Of a DNA stretch of 64,000 nucleotides, positions 10,269 through 18,501 are shown piece by piece. The stretch spans positions 1,952,001 to 2,016,000 of the forward strand of contig OZ250150.1 in assembly GCA_965237675.1 (NCBI GenBank). Direction: 5' to 3'. The notes beneath the pieces were generated by a model. It was not told where the DNA came from and made no database searches. It saw only the letters and a list, made by a program, of their open reading frames with translations. A program made the translations under genes and the position numbers. Numbering within the stretch: the stretch's first letter is position 1; each line of letters opens with the position of its first letter. The stretch comes from Candidatus Latescibacterota bacterium (GTDB lineage: Bacteria > Latescibacterota > UBA2968 > GCA-2709665).

Positions 10269-11984
10269 ATGCGTCAGATCGTGAAAATCATCAGATTGCT
10301 ACGTCCATACTGGCGGTTCATCTTCCAGTCCTTCCTGGTGGGCATTCTGGTCATGCTTTTGCAAATCCCGGGACCCTACATCACCAAAGTCCTGATCGAT
10401 GACGTGTATCCGCACAAAGACTTTACGCTTATGACCTTTGTTGTGATCCTTGCAGCGGCTATTTCTATCGGACTGGGGGTAACCGGGCTACTAAGCAATT
10501 ACTTTGGAGGCATTGTAGGTGTAAATATGGGTATGGATTTCAAGTCGCGATTCTACTCCCACGTCCAATCGCTCGATTTCAGCTTCTTCGATAACCGGCA
10601 AACCGGAGAGATTCTGTCCCGCTTCGGGGACATGGATAGTTCAATCGACAGTACGATCGGAATGGTAAACAGTCTGATCATGAACACGCTTCAATTGCTC
10701 ATTTTTCCTCCTATTCTGCTCTACATCAACTGGAAATTGGCGTTGCTCAGTCTCGTGGTGCTACCATTTGATACGGCATTGATTATGATCTCCAAGAAAT
10801 ACTTGAGCAGGGTCTCCAGAAAATTTACCGAAGCGTCCGCGGAGTTGTCAGCCAAATCTTACGAATCGATTTCCGGGATTCGAACCGTTCAGGCACTGGG
10901 ACTGGAGGGTGCATTTTACGACAAGCTCAGAAGCCATATTATGAGGGTTTCAAAACTGCGAATCAGCTCGACCCTGATGAGTGGAGGATTTGGCTTTGCC
11001 GGCTTGTTGGTGACAACGGCGGGAACGCTGGCTTACGGCTGGTATGGATGGACGCAGGTCCTCCAGGGAAATCTCTCTCTGGGTAGCTATATGGCGTTTT
11101 CGGCTTACGTCGGCTACCTCTACGGCCCAATCGGCAATCTCGTCGGACTTGTGGGGCAGGTCGAAATGGCGCTGGTTCGTATCAATCGATTCATTGAAAT
11201 CTATGAACTGAGACCTGAGATTCAGGATCGCCCCGACATGCCCGCGCTGCCGCAGGTACGAGGCGAAATCCGATTTCACGACGTTACATTCAGCTATCAA
11301 GAGGGGCAGCCGGTACTGCGGCGCATTGACCTGCATATTCCTGAAAAGGCCACAATCGCCCTGGTTGGCAAGAGCGGGTCCGGCAAATCGACCCTGGCCA
11401 AGTTAATTCCCAGATTCTATGATCCGCAAGAGGGTTATATATCGATAGATGGATACGATATTCGTCGCTACCGTCTGAAGTCCGTGCGACAGCAGGTGGG
11501 TTTTGCGATGCAGGGCAGCACGTTGTTTCAGGGAAGCATTTTGGATAACATCACGTTTGGTCTCGACATACCATTGAGAGACGTCCAGGAGGCCGCAAAA
11601 GCGGCATATATCCACGACTTTGTTTCCTCGTTACATGAAGGATATGACACCCTGGTTGGCGAACAGGGCGCCCAGATTTCGGAGGGTCAGAAACAGCGTA
11701 TCGCGTTAGCCCGAGTGCTGGTGATGGATACGCCTATCCTGATTCTGGATGAGCCCACCGCCGCGCTGGATCTGGAATCAGAGAACCACATTCGGAAAGC
11801 ATTGAAAACCGTTAGAGAAGGCAGAACGACAATCATCATTGCGCATCGGCTCTCCACGATCCGGAAAGCAGACGAAATCGTGGTGCTGGATGAAGGACAG
11901 GTCGTTGAGCGAGGCACGCACGAGAGGCTGGAGGTGCGAGATGGAGTTTATGCCCATTTGCAAGAGATATCCGCGAGCATATGA
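10269..11984 (+). CDS. ABC exporter, fused permease/ATPase, no C39 peptidase domain
   Basis: TM domain with TGEILSRF; Walker A GKSGSGKS; signature ISEGQKQR; Walker B ILILDEPT; IAHRLST. Confidence 0.95.
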   Translation: MRQIVKIIRLLRPYWRFIFQSFLVGILVMLLQIPGPYITKVLIDDVYPHKDFTLMTFVVILAAAISIGLGVTGLLSNYFGGIVGVNMGMDFKSRFYSHVQSLDFSFFDNRQTGEILSRFGDMDSSIDSTIGMVNSLIMNTLQLLIFPPILLYINWKLALLSLVVLPFDTALIMISKKYLSRVSRKFTEASAELSAKSYESISGIRTVQALGLEGAFYDKLRSHIMRVSKLRISSTLMSGGFGFAGLLVTTAGTLAYGWYGWTQVLQGNLSLGSYMAFSAYVGYLYGPIGNLVGLVGQVEMALVRINRFIEIYELRPEIQDRPDMPALPQVRGEIRFHDVTFSYQEGQPVLRRIDLHIPEKATIALVGKSGSGKSTLAKLIPRFYDPQEGYISIDGYDIRRYRLKSVRQQVGFAMQGSTLFQGSILDNITFGLDIPLRDVQEAAKAAYIHDFVSSLHEGYDTLVGEQGAQISEGQKQRIALARVLVMDTPILILDEPTAALDLESENHIRKALKTVREGRTTIIIAHRLSTIRKADEIVVLDEGQVVERGTHERLEVRDGVYAHLQEISASI

Positions 11985-12032
11985 AAACGATTTGGCCTTC
12001 GGGGGCCCAACCTCTTCGAAAGGAGATCTATC

Positions 12033-12449
12033 ATGCGACTCTGCAAAAAACCCCTGCGTCATCGCGATTATGTGTATAAATTACACCCTGTAGAACCGTA
12101 TCACGATAATTGTCCGTGCACTGGTCACCAGGTCGTTGATTGGGTCGGCGAGCAAATAGAGGACGTTCAGGAAGTTGCCGAGGAAGCTGTCGAAGGGCTT
12201 AAGAATATGGCCCGCACGACATTGGACGCGCTTCGCTCTCCGGATGGGATGACGGTCATTAGTACACGTGTGCCGGGCGTAGGCGCCGAATTGGCCATAA
12301 AAGCTAAATTAACAATTGAAGCTAGGTCCAATAACCCGCCTCCGGGTTCCGCTCGTCCCGATTCCCAAATTGTGGTGATTCCTTTAGGGGGGTTTCCCAT
12401 AGGGTTCAGTATTAGGGGGGCTGTACCTGATTCTACAAACGGCGACTAA
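12033..12449 (+). CDS. 138-aa hypothetical protein, candidate exported precursor/bacteriocin-like substrate
   Basis: AAGGAGA RBS; lies between the ABC exporter and CPBP genes; basic N-terminus, CPC motif, Gly/Pro-rich hydrophobic C-terminus. Confidence 0.6.
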   Translation: MRLCKKPLRHRDYVYKLHPVEPYHDNCPCTGHQVVDWVGEQIEDVQEVAEEAVEGLKNMARTTLDALRSPDGMTVISTRVPGVGAELAIKAKLTIEARSNNPPPGSARPDSQIVVIPLGGFPIGFSIRGAVPDSTNGD

Positions 12450-12500
12450 ATACGTCACTAAACTACCGATCGATTCATTGGCCCCCGAAGGCGATAAAGA

Positions 12501-13277
12501 ATGGACGAATTGAACTGCCAAAAAAGATCGAATTCCACACCCTGGCCGTCAGAGGTTGATGTTGGGTTTTGTCGGGGCGTGATTCTGACTATCGTCCTGT
12601 TCTTCATTTTTCATCTATTGTACGCTATTATGGATTCGCCCATGCGCATGATTTATTCTTTTTTTCATAAGCGTGGAATTACCGATTACAAATTTGGAAA
12701 GATCCTCAACCTCCATACTCAAGCATTCATTCTGGATTCACTGAAGCTCGCGATTACTTTTGTGATGGTTCAAAAGTTCGCGGGAATACGCATTAGAACA
12801 CTATTGAGTCATTCTTCAACCTCGCTCGTACAGAGTTCGAAGTGGGCCTTCATTGGAATTTGCTTATCGCTACCATCATCGGTCAATTGGTGGCGCGGAA
12901 ACTATGAAGATCCCTTCCTGTATGTCTGGATGGGGACGGCGGTCTCCTTCGTGGGAGGTGGCTTATTGGCGCCGGTACAGGAAGAAATCGTCCACAGGGG
13001 GATGTTTTTTCCCGCGCTCCTGAAGAAGGGAAGAATATCTGCGTATTTCTTTACCGTACTCTGGTTTGTATTTGGTCATGTTCCTTCATATTCAGAGTTG
13101 TTTTTTCACGGGAATATAGGACTAAACCTCCATAACTTCATCGTCTTTATTCTTATTGCCATAATTGCGGCGCATATTTACGAATCAACGGGAAACCTGA
13201 TTCTGTGCATAATCTTCCACGGCGCATACAATCTGACGCCGCCAGTCAACGCGTTTTTGAGTTATGTTATCGGATAG
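12501..13277 (+). CDS. CPBP (CAAX/Abi) intramembrane glutamic/metallo-protease
   Basis: EEIVHRG (EExxxR), FVFGH (FxxxH) and HGAYN (HxxxN) motifs in a multi-TM protein. Confidence 0.9.
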   Translation: MDELNCQKRSNSTPWPSEVDVGFCRGVILTIVLFFIFHLLYAIMDSPMRMIYSFFHKRGITDYKFGKILNLHTQAFILDSLKLAITFVMVQKFAGIRIRTLLSHSSTSLVQSSKWAFIGICLSLPSSVNWWRGNYEDPFLYVWMGTAVSFVGGGLLAPVQEEIVHRGMFFPALLKKGRISAYFFTVLWFVFGHVPSYSELFFHGNIGLNLHNFIVFILIAIIAAHIYESTGNLILCIIFHGAYNLTPPVNAFLSYVIG

Positions 13278-13339
13278 TTGCAGATGATGACGTCTATAGA
13301 AATATGCCGTCGGAGGTTCGACAGGAATGGATCAACTGC

Positions 13340-14266
13340 ATGAAGTTCATTAAGACGGTCTTTACATGGATCGGGATAGTGGTCGGCGTCGTATTGGGCA
13401 GCATGATACTCTGGCCGTATCTGAACTATGGAAACGCCGAATACTGGCACAAGAAAGGCTCGCGCCTTCTCCGTAAGAAATCTTACGAACGCGCGCTGGA
13501 AGTATATGATCATCTGACTGCATTGGATTCAGGAGACGTTGACGCCTGGGACTCCAAGGCCGATATCCAGTACCGATTGAATCGGTACAGCGAAGCAATT
13601 GAGTCCTATGACCTGGTCCTCTCATTCGACCCAGACAACCATAACGTGGCGCTTCTAAAGGCACAGGCCCTTGGTCTGGCAGGACAATCTGAAGAAGCGA
13701 TTGGAGTATACGATCAGTTGCTCGAAGCCGGAGCCGATAATCCAGTAAGAATGACTGACGGCGAGAGTCCACCGCCTTCCTTTGAAATCTTGGTGCTGGA
13801 AGGCAAGGCAAACGAATTAATGAAATTACGCCGGTACGGCGAAGCGCTGATAGTCTACGACAACGCTATCCGTAAAGCGCCGCAGGACCCCATTTTGCGG
13901 AATGCCAGGTCCTGGCCGTTAATGTCGCTTAAGAGGTATAAGGATATCGTGAAGAATTCTGAATTCGCCCTGACAATGAACCCCGATTCTGCATTGGCTT
14001 CTCTTGCCTGGAACAATAAAGGCGCAGCTTTGTCTTCCTTAAAGCAATATAGCGATGCACTCGACGCGTATGATCGAGCGTTTCAGCTTAAGCCGGATAA
14101 CGCCCTGGTATGGTACAATCGCGCCCGTGTCCACGCGATGATGGGCAGCCAGGATTCCGCCGTTTCCTACTTAAGGACGGCTATTGAATTGAATCCTGCT
14201 CTCAAAGGAAGTTTCCAGGAAGATGAGGTTCTTCAGTCGCTGAAGGACCTGGCCATTTTCAAATAA
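13340..14266 (+). CDS. Membrane-anchored TPR protein
   Basis: N-terminal TM, then TPRs (AWNNKGAAL, YSDALDAYDRA, VWYNRARV). Start uncertain (13304 or 13340). Confidence 0.88.
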   Translation: MKFIKTVFTWIGIVVGVVLGSMILWPYLNYGNAEYWHKKGSRLLRKKSYERALEVYDHLTALDSGDVDAWDSKADIQYRLNRYSEAIESYDLVLSFDPDNHNVALLKAQALGLAGQSEEAIGVYDQLLEAGADNPVRMTDGESPPPSFEILVLEGKANELMKLRRYGEALIVYDNAIRKAPQDPILRNARSWPLMSLKRYKDIVKNSEFALTMNPDSALASLAWNNKGAALSSLKQYSDALDAYDRAFQLKPDNALVWYNRARVHAMMGSQDSAVSYLRTAIELNPALKGSFQEDEVLQSLKDLAIFK

Positions 14267-14272
14267 ATCCGA

Positions 14273-16177
14273 ATGTCGAAACCTATCACGCAGAAACAAA
14301 ACAACACGGGCGACCAACAGTTCGTAAGGGTCGCAATTGTCGACAGCGGCATCGAACTGTCCCATCCGGATATCGGGGAAATTTCGGGCGGTGTCGGCAT
14401 CTCGATTCATGAAGATGGGCATCCTGTCTATTCTACGGATTTCGCCGATTCTTTAGGACATGGCACTGCGTGTGCCGGAATTATCCGAAAAAAGGCGCAC
14501 GAGTCGGATATCTATAGTGTCCGGATTCTTGATGCCTCTATGATTGCAGATGGGCGTGCGCTGGTTGCCGCAATTCAATGGTGCATTGACAGCAAGATGG
14601 ATGTTGTGAATCTGAGTCTGGGCACGACCGATGTGACGTTTAAGGCGTGTCTACAGGAAGTGTGTCGCAAAGCGGCTGATGCGGGCGTGATTCTCGTGGG
14701 AGCACAGAACAACGCGGGGACGGAGAGTTTTCCGGCGGTGTTTCCCGAAGTAATCGGTGTGGCGGGTGGCCCAATTCGGGATTCGGGCGAGTTTTATTTC
14801 CGTAGGGAGAACCTCATCGAGTGTGTTGCCAGGGGCGATGAACAACGCGTATGTTGTTTAAATGGAAGCCACACAGTTGCCAGGGGAAACAGTTTTGCGG
14901 CATCCCATATTTCTGCGATCGTCGCGTGCCTGTTGAAACAGCATCCGAATTGCTCTATTCAGGATATTCGTCTATTGCTGCAGGAAAGAGCATCGAAGGT
15001 AATTCCGACAGGCAGGCACACATACGGGGCCGGACCGGAAGAACCCCGCCGGGTTTCTCAAGACGACACCTCGTGGATCAAGAAAGCAGTCTTGTACCCA
15101 TATAACAAAAGAATGCACAATCTATTGCGCTATAGGCATTTACTCAGCTTTGATATCGTTGCCGTCTGCAACGGTATGGGTAAAGGGTCGATGGATGGAG
15201 ATGCTGGAGACGAGATTGACAAGCCTGGCGCACTCAAATGTCCGAGCGGAAACATCCGCAGGGCATTGGCCGGCGCGGATACCCTCATTCTGGGCTGCGT
15301 GGAACAACGTAACGAAATTCATAGGCGGGATGTGCTCAGGGAATATGTGCAACTATCACTTGAGGAAGGATGCCATCTATTCAGTTTCCAGACCATCGAT
15401 CCGACCGTTTACGGCGATCTGTATGGGACTGCGGACCAAAAGGGTTTGCGTCTGGTCTCTCCTTGCATTTCAGAAAAAGAAAAAGCGTATGCAATCCGTA
15501 ATTTTAATGAGTTACCGCAGGTGGATGTACCCGTCGTATGCATTGCAGGTACGAGCGCGGATCAGGGCAAGTTTACGCTGCAAGTCGCGATGAGCAGAAG
15601 GCTGATTCAGGAAGGATATCGCGTTGGACAATTGGGCACACAGGTTCACGCGAGGTTATTCGGTATGGATGGGATGTTTCCGATGGGTGACGCATTTCCA
15701 CGGAATGTTTCAATAGGACAATTGGTTCCGTACGTGGAATACATGATGCGAGAGATTTGCGTGAGTAAACGGCCAGACATCATTCTTACGGGCTCTCGAA
15801 ATGGCACCGTACCGTTCCATTTAGTAGAACACGGCGCCCATTGTCTGTCTTCGCTTGCGTTTTTGCTGGGGGTAAGGCCTGATGCATGTGTGTTGGTGGT
15901 CAACAGCATCGACCCAATGGAGTACATTCGCGACACAATTGACGGGATACGCGCGATATGCAAGGCGCCCACCTTGGCGCTCGCGATGGGAAGTCGTGAA
16001 AAACACATTGGCGCCGCCTTTAACAGCAATAGCAGTTCAAGGGAAATCGCACCTGCCGTCGTTAGCGATCATCTGAAAAACCTGGAAGACATGTTTCAAT
16101 TGCCTGCTGTAGCGATCCTTTCGGATACCGACCAGCAGCGTCTTGCTGAGACCGTAATTCAGCATTTCTCAAGTTGA
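14273..16177 (+). CDS. S8 subtilisin-like peptidase fused to a DUF1611/TIGR04066-like P-loop domain
   Basis: Triad IVDSGI, GHGTACAG, GNSFAA. C-half has VLYPY, VVCIAGTSADQGKFTLQ, GYRVGQLGT, PDIILTG. Confidence 0.85.
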   Translation: MSKPITQKQNNTGDQQFVRVAIVDSGIELSHPDIGEISGGVGISIHEDGHPVYSTDFADSLGHGTACAGIIRKKAHESDIYSVRILDASMIADGRALVAAIQWCIDSKMDVVNLSLGTTDVTFKACLQEVCRKAADAGVILVGAQNNAGTESFPAVFPEVIGVAGGPIRDSGEFYFRRENLIECVARGDEQRVCCLNGSHTVARGNSFAASHISAIVACLLKQHPNCSIQDIRLLLQERASKVIPTGRHTYGAGPEEPRRVSQDDTSWIKKAVLYPYNKRMHNLLRYRHLLSFDIVAVCNGMGKGSMDGDAGDEIDKPGALKCPSGNIRRALAGADTLILGCVEQRNEIHRRDVLREYVQLSLEEGCHLFSFQTIDPTVYGDLYGTADQKGLRLVSPCISEKEKAYAIRNFNELPQVDVPVVCIAGTSADQGKFTLQVAMSRRLIQEGYRVGQLGTQVHARLFGMDGMFPMGDAFPRNVSIGQLVPYVEYMMREICVSKRPDIILTGSRNGTVPFHLVEHGAHCLSSLAFLLGVRPDACVLVVNSIDPMEYIRDTIDGIRAICKAPTLALAMGSREKHIGAAFNSNSSSREIAPAVVSDHLKNLEDMFQLPAVAILSDTDQQRLAETVIQHFSS

Positions 16178-16211
16178 TAGGCGCCTTTGGCTATCATATA
16201 GACGCCAAACG

Positions 16212-16277
16212 TGCCGACATAAAGTGAAATCACTTTCCCACCGAGTTTAATACAGTAAATTGGGCGGAGAGGAGAGC
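16212..16277 (+). repeat. Diverged second copy of the IS3-like left end at 1656-1721
   Basis: 48/66 ungapped identities by hand alignment; shared ATTGGGCGGAGAGGA. Confidence 0.7.
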
Positions 16278-16730
16278 ATCAAATGACAGCGTTTCAATTG
16301 CTGGCAACACCGCCGCCTCTGTCTACGAAATTTAAGGACATCGTACAACGACTCCATCTTTATCTATAGACGAAGCAAAAGAGAAAGGCACGACGGCTTT
16401 GCGCGAGAGCAAACGACCATCAGGGCGGTCTGCAGGAGACGCGCAAGCGGATGCGTACACAACGATTCGTTTCCGGCATTGCTGCTATTTCCGGTCCTGT
16501 GCACACATCGAAGCAAGCCTTTTGAAGGCCGAGAGTTGGGGGCCATGTTTCAGATGTTTCAATATTGAGTCTCCTCCGAAAAGTCAAAATCCACTCTGAC
16601 GAGGTCCAAGTTGGTGTTTCACTCAGAAGTAAATCAAAATCATACTTGATATAACACTATGATATATAATGATTTATGGGGATATGGCTTTTGTTGAAAA
16701 TGGCCGTTCCTGATCCAAATTGGAAGAAAA

Positions 16731-17286
16731 TCACGCGAATCTCACTTTTCGGAGTGGACTCAATATTACCTGGCTGCATTCTTCCGGACTCATCTTCGCG
16801 GTATCGACTTCAAGGTCGTAGATTCCGGGTCTGTGCACCTCGCGATTCCATCGATGCACCCGATAAGGCGGGGGCGTGCCAACCCGAATTTCCTGCTCCT
16901 TGAGCCACGTGTTACGCCGTCGTTCCCAAACGATATCGACAGGGCAACGCACGCCGACGAACAGGACGGGCAACCCTTCCATACGGCGCGCACAATCGCA
17001 CAGGACTCCTTGAGGACTTGCGTAGTCGTCATGATGGCCGACGTCGGTAACGACATTCAAACCCAGACGACTGTGTGCCGCAATCGACTCATACATCGCT
17101 GCGTACATTACCGGTACCATAGGTTCGATTTTCTTTCTTTGTGCAAAAGGTTTTTCTTCCATTTTCTCAATCCCGGCCGGACGAAGCCCGACCCCTGGCC
17201 GGTACTGCTTCGGTGTAATGCGTATATATCGATCTGCGCCCACGTTCATCCACAATTCGTCCGAAACTTCCTGGATCGCGGCAGCC
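16731..17286 (-). pseudogene. 5'-truncated chloramphenicol phosphotransferase (CPT)-like kinase
   Basis: AAAIQE..WMNVGAD, GLNVVTD, VLFVGVRCP, YDLEVDT..SPEEC are present. The N-terminal Walker A segment is absent. Confidence 0.7.
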
Positions 17287-17369
17287 GAAAACAAATTCCT
17301 GCTGGAAAGACTCCCTCCGGAAGCCTTGGTCTTCGAAGAAAATGTAAAATGAAGAATGTGGAGGTTTTT

Positions 17370-17543
17370 ATGCAGAAACAGGAGATGCTGCAAGTCCAAG
17401 AGGCCGGCGAGGGCGAGGGGTGCCCGGAGGCATCTCAGAAGCAAATCGAAAACGATAGATTCCAAATTCCAGACACGATGGAAAACGTCGCCCGCGTCTT
17501 GGGCGGCCGCCCCCCGGAGATCAAACAGGAAGATCGGGACTAA
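17370..17543 (+). CDS. 57-aa hypothetical protein
   Basis: GGAGGT RBS, ATG 17370, contains IPDTMENVARVLGGRPP. Confidence 0.4.
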   Translation: MQKQEMLQVQEAGEGEGCPEASQKQIENDRFQIPDTMENVARVLGGRPPEIKQEDRD

Positions 17544-17695
17544 CAGATAATTAATCGGAGATATGTCAGTTTCTTCACTATCATCCCGGTAAACAAAGTG
17601 CGCATACCGTCCAGGTTGTGTTTTGCCTATTTCAAAGTGAGACAATCGGCGTGTTTTTGCAAGTGAGAGCCGTAGATGATGGAGGAGGCGATATT

Positions 17696-17914
17696 ATGGG
17701 TCTTGCGTTTGTTGACGGGGCAAAGAGGCTGATTGACCGAGTAATAAGAGGCGAGCGTCTTGAAGATCGGGTTGATGAGGTTGCTGACGAATCATGGGAG
17801 CACCAGCGCGGTGCTGAGCTTTATCGTGATTATAAGGATGGCAAGATCGAGATTATGTCGGCCGACGAGACCAAAGAATTCGTGCAGGACTTGAAGAAGA
17901 AGCGGTCATCATAG
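17696..17914 (+). CDS. 72-aa acidic protein, putative type II antitoxin
   Basis: GGAGGAGG RBS. C-terminal DYKDGKIEIMSADE resembles antitoxin tails. Stop codon overlaps the next GTG (TAGTG). Confidence 0.5.
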   Translation: MGLAFVDGAKRLIDRVIRGERLEDRVDEVADESWEHQRGAELYRDYKDGKIEIMSADETKEFVQDLKKKRSS

Positions 17915-17970
17915 TGGCTGATTATCGGCTTTCAAAGGCTGAATGCAAGGCAAAAAAAAGGAACCGTTGA
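17914..17970 (+). pseudogene. 18-codon stub resembling a ParE/RelE toxin N-terminus
   Basis: MADYRLSKAE then unrelated sequence and TGA; translationally coupled to the upstream ORF. Confidence 0.4.
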
Positions 17971-18043
17971 CGAGGTTATAGACGGAATGGGACCCAGCCT
18001 CGTGCTGTTCCTAAGCGATCTCACGACTTTCTGGTAACTTTGA

Positions 18044-18439
18044 CTACCCTTCACTGGGTCGCATACGGACGATATCTCCGGTCCGGATGGTCGCGAGTGG
18101 GTCGGGTTCCAGTTCGTGCATCAGCGCCACGTTCGCCAGCACCGCGCCCTGCACCATCACGGGGTTGGTGCTCCCGAAAATAAATCCCGCCGGGCAGGTT
18201 TCCCGCGCCACCATATCCAGCATCATCCAGGAGGTGGCCACGCCGCCCTTGGACGTGCGGAACACAACGATTTTTCCAGTGATCGACTGCCCATAGAGCG
18301 GGTGCGTCTCACGGCTGATGACACCCCTGTACCGGTCGTAGTCGTACCGGGCGCTGAAGCCTTCGTCGCATACCAATGCGACGCCTTCCGCGTCAGGTCC
18401 GACGCCCGGATGTCCGCGCAGCACAGTGGTCTCGGTCAT
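18044..18439 (-). CDS. Aconitase X swivelling (small) subunit, DUF126
   Basis: AEGVALV, HPLYGQSITGKIVVF..SKG, VQGAVLA, IRTGD. Confidence 0.85.
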   Translation of the reverse strand: MTETTVLRGHPGVGPDAEGVALVCDEGFSARYDYDRYRGVISRETHPLYGQSITGKIVVFRTSKGGVATSWMMLDMVARETCPAGFIFGSTNPVMVQGAVLANVALMHELEPDPLATIRTGDIVRMRPSEG

Positions 18440-18501
18440 CGCCCTTTCCTTCGGCTGCACGGATAAGTGCAACGAGCGGGAAACCCCATGGAGTCAGTCG
18501 T

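Noticed and set aside
16731-17645. 304-aa ORF as one real gene
   Set aside because: The N-terminal ~120 aa is read-through antisense to other small ORFs; only the C-terminal part is CPT-like.
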